A stretch of 37,579 nucleotides of DNA. It comes from a virus (Duplodnaviria > Caudoviricetes). The stretch covers positions 1 to 37,579 of the IMG/VR virus record IMGVR_UViG_3300025637_000029. One strand, written 5' to 3'. The notes beneath the pieces are model-generated. The model was not told the origin of the DNA and searched no databases. It saw only the letters and a list, made by a program, of their open reading frames with translations. Below are positions 27,221-34,850 of this stretch, piece after piece; the first letter of the stretch is position 1; each line of letters opens with the position of its first letter. Position numbers and translations under genes: made by a program.

Positions 27221-27964
27221 ATGTTAGGTGTATTATTAAGTGGTGGGTTTGGGTCTAGAATGGCTCCATTTACTACCACTATCACAAACAAACATTTAGC
27301 CCCTGTTTATAGTAGATTTGGGGCTAAACCTATGATAGATTATCCTATCGATACTTTAAAAAAAATGGGTATAACCGAAATACTCGTAATAACATCAAAA
27401 GACCATTGTGGTGATATTGTTGAACATTTGGGTGATGGTTACCAATTGGGTATTGATATTACCTATAAGGTTCAGGATATGAATGATCCAGAGCGACCTA
27501 TAGGTATAGCGTCAGCTCTTAAATTAGCTAGAAAATTTACACGTGATGAGAAATTTGTAGTAATATTAGGTGATAATTATTACCAATGGTGTGACAAGAT
27601 CAAATCGTCTATAGATTGGTTTGATTCTAATGAATCAAAGTGTGGGTTATTTCTAAAGAAAACTGATGATTGGGGTAGATTTGGGATAGCTGTGGTAGAA
27701 GACTCGAAAGTTAAAAAGATAATAGAAAAACCTAAAGAATTTGTGTCAAATTTAGCTGTTACGGGTATGTATATGTATACTTCGGATGTATATAACTATT
27801 TAGATGAATTAACACCGTCTCAACGAGGTGAATTAGAGATATCTGATATAAACTCTAGGTATGCTGAATGTGACTCGGTTAGAGTAACTGAATTAACAAC
27901 ATATTGGTCTGATATGGGTACACCAGACTCAATATTAGATGTACAGAACTTTTTAAATGAATAA
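27221..27964 (+). CDS. rmlA: Glucose-1-phosphate thymidylyltransferase
   Basis: LSGGFGSRM.P.T...NKHLAPVY, KPMIDYP, ILGDN, RFG, EKP, AVTGMYMY, SQRGELEISD, WSDMGT. Confidence 0.92.
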   Translation: MLGVLLSGGFGSRMAPFTTTITNKHLAPVYSRFGAKPMIDYPIDTLKKMGITEILVITSKDHCGDIVEHLGDGYQLGIDITYKVQDMNDPERPIGIASALKLARKFTRDEKFVVILGDNYYQWCDKIKSSIDWFDSNESKCGLFLKKTDDWGRFGIAVVEDSKVKKIIEKPKEFVSNLAVTGMYMYTSDVYNYLDELTPSQRGELEISDINSRYAECDSVRVTELTTYWSDMGTPDSILDVQNFLNE

Positions 27965-28940
27965 TAAACGAATATTAATGACAGGTGGGCTTGGGTTCAT
28001 TGGATCAAATTTTATCAATTACTTAATTGATAATTATGACGAATTCAAATTGATTAATTTTGATTTTGAGGGTATCGGTTCTAATGTGGACAATATTAAA
28101 GAACCTAAGACCGATAAACAAGAAATCCATCACATAAAATGGGATATTTCTTATGATATTATTAAGAATAAGGAGTTAATTGGTTTACCTTTCGATTATT
28201 TGTTCCACTTTGCGGCAGAAAGCCATGTTGATAGGTCTATAGATACCCCAGAACCGTTTGTAAGATCAAATGTGTTGGGAACTATCCAACTACTTGAACT
28301 GGCTCGTAAAATAGGTGTTAAACGATTTGTTAACATATCTACAGATGAGGTTGTTGGGTCTGTTAAACGAGCAGCTACCGAAAATAAGCCATATAATCCA
28401 TCATCAGTGTATTCAGCATCAAAGGCTAGTGCTGAGATGATGTGTAACGCTTATATGGTCACGTATGGTATGGATATAGTTACTACACGGTGTGGTAATA
28501 ATTATGGTCCAAACCAGTATACTGAGAAACTTATCCCAAAGGTTATTACAAATGCTTTAAATGACAAAACTATACCTATTTATGATGATGGTAAACAAAT
28601 TCGAGAATGGTGTTTTGTTGAAGACCATGTAAAAGATGTTATTTATGTTGCTAAAAATGGTAAATCTGGTGAAATATATAATGTGGGTACTGGTTATCCT
28701 TTAACTAATATTAAGTTGGTTAAACATATCCTCGATATTTTAAATAAACCTGAAGAATTAATCGAGTTTCAACCAAATGCTCGATTAGGTCATGATTTTA
28801 AGTATTCTTTAGATATAGGTAAGTTGCAAAAACTTAAACATACAAACTCTGATCAAATATTGGGTAACGTTGATCGGAAATACTTTAATAATAAATTAAA
28901 ACAAACTATAGAACATTATTGTGAAAAATTTAATAATTGA
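27957..28940 (+). CDS. rmlB: dTDP-glucose 4,6-dehydratase
   Basis: TGGLGFIGSNF, HFAAESHVDRSI, ISTDEV, YSASKA, NNYGPNQ..EKLIP, REW..VEDH. Confidence 0.95.
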   Translation: MNNKRILMTGGLGFIGSNFINYLIDNYDEFKLINFDFEGIGSNVDNIKEPKTDKQEIHHIKWDISYDIIKNKELIGLPFDYLFHFAAESHVDRSIDTPEPFVRSNVLGTIQLLELARKIGVKRFVNISTDEVVGSVKRAATENKPYNPSSVYSASKASAEMMCNAYMVTYGMDIVTTRCGNNYGPNQYTEKLIPKVITNALNDKTIPIYDDGKQIREWCFVEDHVKDVIYVAKNGKSGEIYNVGTGYPLTNIKLVKHILDILNKPEELIEFQPNARLGHDFKYSLDIGKLQKLKHTNSDQILGNVDRKYFNNKLKQTIEHYCEKFNN

Positions 28941-29832
28941 CGGAGGTAATCTTCTCCATCGTTCATACCATATATCAAAAAAGAAAAAATATATTAATGA
29001 GTGGGGTGATGATCTTTCACATGTTGTTGTATTCATAAACAACATCAAAATATTGAAAGAGATGCTTGATTGTGAGAAAGTATTTTTAACGTGGGATATA
29101 CGTGATAGTAGTTTTAAAAACTTTAGACATGATGCTGTTGGGTATAAAGAACAGAGAGATCGTAAAGTTGATGAAGATGTCCACAAATATGATGAGATTT
29201 TGTGGGATATTACTAAATCTTTGGGTGTAGTAAATATCCGAGCAAATAAATTAGAGGGTGATGATATAGTCTATTTCCTATGTAATAAATATAGTCATGA
29301 TGAAAATTATGTTATATCAAACGACAATGACTTTCTACAGCTATTTAATATGTTTGATACGGTTAAGATATATAACCCCATCAAAAGAGCCCTAATCACA
29401 TCTGATACGTCTTTCAAGTATAATGGTGGTGTTTCTAATGATAAATATCTTTTATATAAAGCTATAATGGGTGACAAATCCGATAATATAACTGGTCTAT
29501 ATAAGTATGGTCCAGTTAAGAGTAAAAAATTTGTAGAATGTTTTGAAGATAATTTTAATACGCTTGAAGAATCTGATCAGAATGTTATAAAGCGTAATTT
29601 AAGAGTTATGAATTTACGGTATGCCTCAAAAGTTTATAATGATGAGACTGAATTTTTTGAATCTCAGGATATTCACCATAACCCATCTATAACTGATTTC
29701 TTTGATAAGCTTCATGTGATCGGTATGGATCGATATTTTGGGTATAAAATGGATTGGGCTGAACAATTTTGTAAAAACAGTAACGACACGTCATCTGATT
29801 TGCAAAAAATGTTAAACGCTATAAATAATTAA
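28921..29832 (+). CDS. rnh: 5'-3' exonuclease / T4 RNase H-like flap nuclease
   Basis: LIIDGGNLLHR, WD, FR....YK..R, EGDD, SNDNDFLQL, GDKSDNI.G...GP. Confidence 0.9.
   Translation: MKNLIIDGGNLLHRSYHISKKKKYINEWGDDLSHVVVFINNIKILKEMLDCEKVFLTWDIRDSSFKNFRHDAVGYKEQRDRKVDEDVHKYDEILWDITKSLGVVNIRANKLEGDDIVYFLCNKYSHDENYVISNDNDFLQLFNMFDTVKIYNPIKRALITSDTSFKYNGGVSNDKYLLYKAIMGDKSDNITGLYKYGPVKSKKFVECFEDNFNTLEESDQNVIKRNLRVMNLRYASKVYNDETEFFESQDIHHNPSITDFFDKLHVIGMDRYFGYKMDWAEQFCKNSNDTSSDLQKMLNAINN
29820..29827 (+). promoter_or_regulatory. T4-type late promoter TATAAATA
   Basis: TATAAATA-ATTAAAATT-ATG(29837), within the 3' end of rnh. Confidence 0.65.
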
Positions 29833-29836
29833 AATT

Positions 29837-30016
29837 ATGTTAAATTTAAATAGAAATTGCAGTTTTTGCGGAGCATCTTCACACGGTAAAGTCCAACTAC
29901 CTTATAATAATGGTCAAGAAATTGTTACTGAGGTTAGGTATCAATGTCCTCGGTGTATGAATATGTTTGCTAAAGAGGTTATTAAGAGAGAACCTAAACC
30001 GAAAACTGGGGAATAG
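29837..30016 (+). CDS. Small zinc-ribbon protein (59 aa, not in ORF track)
   Basis: My translation: MLNLNRNCSFCGASSHGKVQLPYNNGQEIVTEVRYQCPRCMNMFAKEVIKREPKPKTGE; two CxxC motifs; late box upstream. Confidence 0.8.
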   Translation: MLNLNRNCSFCGASSHGKVQLPYNNGQEIVTEVRYQCPRCMNMFAKEVIKREPKPKTGE

Positions 30017-30018
30017 TA

Positions 30019-30162
30019 ATGGGGAAAGGATGTAAACCTAGATCGGGTCATAGTGTATCTAAATTCTCCAAAGCTTATGATGGTATTAACTGGGGTAAAC
30101 CTAGTAATGAAGTTAAGGTACCTGTAGATAAAGAAAAGTTAAATAAAAAGCTTGAAAAATGA
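30019..30162 (+). CDS. Small basic protein (47 aa, not in ORF track)
   Basis: My translation: MGKGCKPRSGHSVSKFSKAYDGINWGKPSNEVKVPVDKEKLNKKLEK; begins 2 nt after the previous stop. Confidence 0.7.
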   Translation: MGKGCKPRSGHSVSKFSKAYDGINWGKPSNEVKVPVDKEKLNKKLEK

Positions 30163-30179
30163 CTAAATTATGCTACTGT
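30152..30179 (+). promoter_or_regulatory. sigma70-like promoter for primase
   Basis: TTGAAA-N16-TACTGT with TG extension, 7 nt before ATG 30187. Confidence 0.5.
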
Positions 30180-30186
30180 GTGGCGT

Positions 30187-31257
30187 ATGAATAGTTTACC
30201 AGAAGAGTATGTTACTCAATATATATACCAATATGTTGGATATGTTAAAGAACGTAAGAACGGTATTTTAAATGGTGGTTGCCCTATATGTAGAGAGGGT
30301 GATTCTTGGAGTAAAAAGGCTAGGTTTTATTATAACCCAGATTTAGAGGGTCAAAAGAGTACAGTATACTGTCATAATTGTGGGTATTCTAAGCCATCTG
30401 TGAATTTTATCATGGATGTATCTGGGTTGAGTTATAATGAGGTTAGACTTGAGTCTAAAGATTATGATATTGTACCTAGAGATCTTAACTGCGATGATTT
30501 TGATAAACTATTCGAGGTTAAAAGTGGTACCCCGACTTTACCTGATAACTGTATAAATTTATTTGATAAAAATCAGCTAGAATACTATAAAGATAACGAA
30601 ATCGTTAAATTAGCTGTTAAATATATCATTGGTCGTAAAATAAATAGTGCTCCAAATAAACCTAGAGCACTATACGTGTCTCTTGATGATTATATACATA
30701 AAAATAGGTTAATTATACCCTATTACGAAAATAATAAGGTTGTTTGGTACCAGACTCGTAAATTATTAGACGACGAGTCACCAAAATATCTATCAAAGGT
30801 TAATTCTGATAGGACCATGTATAATATTGATGATATTGATGAATCGTATCAATATATATTCATATTTGAGGGAGCCATAGACTCAATGTTCGTTGAGAAT
30901 GGTACATGTCTATCAGGTATTACCGAAAGTGGTGAATTCGTGCTTACAGAGGAGCAGGAGAGGCAGTTATCGATGTACCCCCTACACAATAGAGTTTGGA
31001 TGTTGGATTCACCTTACCTTGATGAAGCTGCTAGAAAAAAATCTAGTATGTTATTCCGTAGAGGTGAAAAAGTATTTCAATGGTCTAAAGAACTTGGTAA
31101 AAAATGTAAAGACTTCAATGACATCATAATGATGTCTAATAAAACAAAAATTCCTCAAGAGTTTATCTTGAGGAATTTAATGGAACAAGAATCTAATTCT
31201 ATGAAATTAGATGTTGGTAGTTTGAAGGAAAAATTAAAACTCTCCCTCAAGGTGTGA
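30187..31257 (+). CDS. gp61: DNA primase gp61
   Basis: Zn finger CPIC...CHNC, RLIIPY, YQTR, PKYLS, TOPRIM FEGAIDSMF and WMLD, KDFND. Confidence 0.92.
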   Translation: MNSLPEEYVTQYIYQYVGYVKERKNGILNGGCPICREGDSWSKKARFYYNPDLEGQKSTVYCHNCGYSKPSVNFIMDVSGLSYNEVRLESKDYDIVPRDLNCDDFDKLFEVKSGTPTLPDNCINLFDKNQLEYYKDNEIVKLAVKYIIGRKINSAPNKPRALYVSLDDYIHKNRLIIPYYENNKVVWYQTRKLLDDESPKYLSKVNSDRTMYNIDDIDESYQYIFIFEGAIDSMFVENGTCLSGITESGEFVLTEEQERQLSMYPLHNRVWMLDSPYLDEAARKKSSMLFRRGEKVFQWSKELGKKCKDFNDIIMMSNKTKIPQEFILRNLMEQESNSMKLDVGSLKEKLKLSLKV

Positions 31258-31794
31258 GCGGACGTGTTTTTCATCGAACCACCCTTTGAAGAACATGCAA
31301 AATTCGTCATCACTTAAATTGAATTTGTCTTTAATTTCTTCACATTGTCTACGAAAAGTTTCACCAAATTGTTCATTCATTTGACCGTAAACCTTTTCTT
31401 CAAGAGCGTCATTTAAATAATCATTATCTTCATCAGGTGAACCACCAATAGGTAGATCTAAATCACCGTCTAGTTGATCAGCACGATCTTCGATATCATA
31501 GAACTCTTCACTCTCTTTAATAATTTTTGTGCGTATTTCACCTTTTTCACCATCCCATTCAGCGTGGAATTTTTTACCTTTATATGAATCGATATCGATA
31601 TCACCTGTGAATTCTGCTGAAGAGTCTAGTTTTTTAACAGCACTTTTCCAAGCTCTGTAAGTTCTAAATTCTCTAACTTTTTCACCATCTTCTTCATAAG
31701 AAGCTTCTTTAATTACAGAACTATTAGTTTTTGGTTTATATAGTTCGGCGTAAATATCGCCGATACTTTTTCTATCTTCGTTTAAATATTGCAT
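31234..31794 (-). CDS. Acidic hypothetical late protein
   Basis: Follows ORF 32268 on the same strand; repeated YLNE/VIKE/IIKE/ALEE/QMNE motifs. Confidence 0.75.
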   Translation of the reverse strand: MQYLNEDRKSIGDIYAELYKPKTNSSVIKEASYEEDGEKVREFRTYRAWKSAVKKLDSSAEFTGDIDIDSYKGKKFHAEWDGEKGEIRTKIIKESEEFYDIEDRADQLDGDLDLPIGGSPDEDNDYLNDALEEKVYGQMNEQFGETFRRQCEEIKDKFNLSDDEFCMFFKGWFDEKHVRSHLEGEF

Positions 31795-31800
31795 ATTAAT

Positions 31801-32268
31801 TTACCCCTTTAGGTTTGGAAATTGTTGTAGAAGCTCGCGCTCTTTCTTATCATAACCGATAACGTGTGATTCAAGAACCTGAGACATACCAGCAGCTTCT
31901 TCAGCGATACGTGTGACACGTTTACCCTGTGATCGAACAACTCCTCTGAACGCTGAACCTTCGCGGTCTACTCGATTCAAGAAGTTGTTCAAAGAATCAT
32001 CATCATCGACTGAGTTGATTAACATTGCGAAATCGTTTAAGATTGCGATCCATTTACGAGCTTCTTGGATATTTTTACGACCAATTTTACGAATATCGTT
32101 AGGGTTGATGTCATAATCATCTGGATTAGTGTCATCGTCTAGAGTGTCTTTGAACGCATCTTCGGAGTCTTGTGGATCATCTTCCAATGGTTCTAATTCT
32201 CTTTGATCTTCTTCAAGATCCTCGTTTAATAGTTTAATGAATTGTTTTTTAAAAATATCCTCTTTCAT
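31801..32268 (-). CDS. Acidic hypothetical late protein
   Basis: Late box at 32290-32297; N-terminal FKKQFIKLLNE. Confidence 0.8.
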   Translation of the reverse strand: MKEDIFKKQFIKLLNEDLEEDQRELEPLEDDPQDSEDAFKDTLDDDTNPDDYDINPNDIRKIGRKNIQEARKWIAILNDFAMLINSVDDDDSLNNFLNRVDREGSAFRGVVRSQGKRVTRIAEEAAGMSQVLESHVIGYDKKERELLQQFPNLKG

Positions 32269-32289
32269 AGTTATATTGATAGTTTTAAT

Positions 32290-32321
32290 TATTTATAATT
32301 ATGGTGTAAAATTTATAAATA
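32290..32321. promoter_or_regulatory. Back-to-back divergent late promoters
   Basis: TATAAATA on minus (32290-32297) and on plus (32314-32321, 6 nt before ATG 32328). Confidence 0.8.
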
Positions 32322-32327
32322 ATTTAA

Positions 32328-32717
32328 ATGGATACTAAACGAAATAATATTGAAACTTTAATTGAAGAGGATATCGTAAACCACCAGTCATCTAGTGAGG
32401 GTGAAGGTCATGGTTGGCATAATAAAACTAACCCTGCTCAAATATCTTTAATTGATATTTTAAAAGTAGATAGAACTGACCCAGGTAAAGCCAACAAGAT
32501 TTTACCACATGAGGTTCAAACTACATTTGAAAAGGTTCTAGGTATCGTTGATAGTGTTGATGAATTAAAATATGATTTTATTAGAGCGTATAATAACCCA
32601 GTTATATCTGATAGTGGTTCTAAAAAACAAGCTATTAAAGATATTGTTGGTAATTTAAATAGTATTAACAAACAATATATTGATATTATCAAAAAATTAG
32701 AAAAACTTAGTGTTTAG
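32328..32717 (+). CDS. Hypothetical late protein with helical C-terminus
   Basis: TATAAATA-N6-ATG; N-terminal IETLIEE. Confidence 0.8.
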   Translation: MDTKRNNIETLIEEDIVNHQSSSEGEGHGWHNKTNPAQISLIDILKVDRTDPGKANKILPHEVQTTFEKVLGIVDSVDELKYDFIRAYNNPVISDSGSKKQAIKDIVGNLNSINKQYIDIIKKLEKLSV

Positions 32718-32718
32718 T

Positions 32719-33018
32719 ATGAAAACTGATTTAGAATTGATATGGGAGAGTTACATCACCGAGGGTAAAAATCGAGATAGGGTTATTTTGCAGAAAATGG
32801 AGCGCCATGAATCGATTAAACTTGCTGACATTAAACAGTATATGAAAAATAAACCTCATCTGGAATTATTTGATACAGATAAAGGTTATAAATTCAAGAA
32901 TAACGACACTAAACAATCTTGTTATACAGATAGACCTCATAAAAAGGACGCTCCGCTTGATAGAGGTGCTGTAAAAAATATATATCAGGTATTTACTGGT
33001 CAGCATGTTACTAAATAG
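32719..33018 (+). CDS. HicA-like (dsRBD-fold) RNase candidate with N-terminal leader
   Basis: SIKLADIK...YKF...DRPHKKDAPLDRGAVKNI matches the HicA pattern (h.RPH....D.GAV..I); start at ATG 32719. Confidence 0.6.
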   Translation: MKTDLELIWESYITEGKNRDRVILQKMERHESIKLADIKQYMKNKPHLELFDTDKGYKFKNNDTKQSCYTDRPHKKDAPLDRGAVKNIYQVFTGQHVTK

Positions 33019-33021
33019 TGC

Positions 33022-33050
33022 TTGACATTTTATACAATATGTTATAAAAT
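33022..33050 (+). promoter_or_regulatory. sigma70-like promoter
   Basis: TTGACA-N17-TAAAAT, 6 nt before ATG 33057. Confidence 0.8.
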
Positions 33051-33056
33051 GTTTAA

Positions 33057-33470
33057 ATGATAGTAAGTATTTTATTAACTCTAGTTGTATCAGGAAGTTT
33101 CACAGTTATCGGTTATTTTACTGGTGGTGATATCTATAGGTGGTTCTTTGTATCGTTCGTGTGTCAGTTTGTATTATTCTTTATAATTAATACTTTGACA
33201 AAGAATATAGTTCAAATGCGATTGAATCGATTAGAAGTTGAACGATTAAACGCTTTGGATGAGAATAAAGTCCGAATTGAATGTTCGGTGTGTGAAGATC
33301 CTAATGATATAGTTCTAAAAATTAATAGAGACAATGAGTTTAGGTGTGAAAGATGTAAATCTCTTAATACCGTAAAACTTTCGATCTCTAATTTTCAGAA
33401 AACTGAGATATTGGGTGGTGTAATAACTGAGGATGTAGTTAGCCAGTTAAAAACGAGCCAAAATGGATAA
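33057..33470 (+). CDS. Membrane protein (2 TM helices) with C-terminal zinc ribbon
   Basis: Two N-terminal hydrophobic stretches; CSVC...CERC. Confidence 0.8.
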   Translation: MIVSILLTLVVSGSFTVIGYFTGGDIYRWFFVSFVCQFVLFFIINTLTKNIVQMRLNRLEVERLNALDENKVRIECSVCEDPNDIVLKINRDNEFRCERCKSLNTVKLSISNFQKTEILGGVITEDVVSQLKTSQNG

Positions 33471-33828
33471 ACAATCTTCAAATATTCTACCGAATGAGAT
33501 TAAACATCTTTCGCAGGATGATATTTCATCATCAAATACTATAAAATGGAAGTCTAAGGGTAATTCCTTTTATAATATTTATTCGGAAACTAAACAATTA
33601 TCTGGATACAATGATTTAATTGATGGTCATCCTGAGAATATATTACAATTTATTTTAAAACTGTACTATGATGGTAAAACGTTAGACCCTGTTACTAAAA
33701 GTATGTATGAATGTATATGTAAATTAGTTAAAACTATTGAAATGAGTACGGAAAGAGTAGATAACCAGGAATATATTGCAAAATTGGATGCAGTGATTGA
33801 CTTTATTAAAGAACATGAATCTAAGTGA
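33463..33828 (+). CDS. Hypothetical protein
   Basis: 121-aa ORF overlapping its neighbours in an operon. Confidence 0.7.
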   Translation: MDKQSSNILPNEIKHLSQDDISSSNTIKWKSKGNSFYNIYSETKQLSGYNDLIDGHPENILQFILKLYYDGKTLDPVTKSMYECICKLVKTIEMSTERVDNQEYIAKLDAVIDFIKEHESK

Positions 33829-34054
33829 TGATGAAATCGTAAAATGGGCTTGTTTATTCGAGTGTTTATATAATGTTAATAAACTGTGTAATAAAAAGAA
33901 CCTAGATCTTGAATATATTCTCAAGAAAAAGATAAAACCAAATATAATCCACGAATATGTGAATGATAGGTACCCAATTTTATGCAACCAGTTAGAATCT
34001 GGTGAATATGCTGGTGAATTTATTAATAAATTTATTTTTAATGGTAAAGATTAA
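33815..34054 (+). CDS. Hypothetical protein
   Basis: 79-aa ORF from ATG 33815, ending convergently with the neck gene. Confidence 0.65.
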   Translation: MNLSDDEIVKWACLFECLYNVNKLCNKKNLDLEYILKKKIKPNIIHEYVNDRYPILCNQLESGEYAGEFINKFIFNGKD

Positions 34055-34845
34055 TAATCACCGTATATATCATCATTTGATTTAATATTTTTATTATAAT
34101 CAAAGATCAATTCGCTTAATTCATCAGCGGATTGGTCATACGTCTTTGTTGTTGAACTTAATTCTGCTGAACCCGTTTCAGCTATAACGTGTTCACCGTT
34201 ATACATAACTGGTACACCTTCGTGTGTAACAATTCCACTAGCGTAGCCTCTTTCATCATCATTAATTTGATTGATTACTTGTTCTGGGTCTACGTTAGTT
34301 TCGTAACTATAATCATATCGTTTAGCCCATATCATCCAAGTATAATGACCCATCAATGGTATGGTTTGTTGTATATTTTGATCATCCCTGTGTGTAATTT
34401 CAAATATTTCAGCACCTCTACCATTAGGTCGATTTGTTGAACCATATTCTGTTAATTTGATCAAATCCCCCGATTTAGGCTCACTACCTTCCCCGAATAC
34501 TGATTCGTATGATGAAATTGGTATAAATGCTGTAATATCACCTTGTGATTCAATACCGAATTGGTTTAGTATGATACTATCATCGTTAAAAATTATATAC
34601 ATAATTAGTTTAACTGGGTCGTCGAATGTCTTGGTGGTATGCTCACCATACATCATATCATGTGAAGATAGTTCATAGTTATTTACTATGTAATCAACCG
34701 CGATACCAAATTGCTCGGTTTGTTCAATAAAATATTGAGCAAATATCTCCCGCTCTTGTTTGGTTCTATCAGTATCGAGGTACCTTAAATCATCTGTAAA
34801 ACTACATTGATCGTCATATATTGGTTGAAAAAAGTTACAGGTCAT
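34051..34845 (-). CDS. gp14: Neck/head-completion protein, gp14-like
   Basis: EQ...FG..V.YI, D.MYGE...K.F, L.QFGI...GD, EPKSGDLI, IFEIT; AATAAATA-N6-ATG late-like box. Confidence 0.75.
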   Translation of the reverse strand: MTCNFFQPIYDDQCSFTDDLRYLDTDRTKQEREIFAQYFIEQTEQFGIAVDYIVNNYELSSHDMMYGEHTTKTFDDPVKLIMYIIFNDDSIILNQFGIESQGDITAFIPISSYESVFGEGSEPKSGDLIKLTEYGSTNRPNGRGAEIFEITHRDDQNIQQTIPLMGHYTWMIWAKRYDYSYETNVDPEQVINQINDDERGYASGIVTHEGVPVMYNGEHVIAETGSAELSSTTKTYDQSADELSELIFDYNKNIKSNDDIYGDY

Positions 34846-34850
34846 TTGAA

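Noticed and set aside
26317-28940. Bacterial O-antigen locus or eukaryotic giant-virus origin of the window
   Set aside because: The sugar genes are embedded among gp32, gp45, rnh and gp61 with gp55, sigma70 promoters and T4 late boxes; no flippase or polymerase genes
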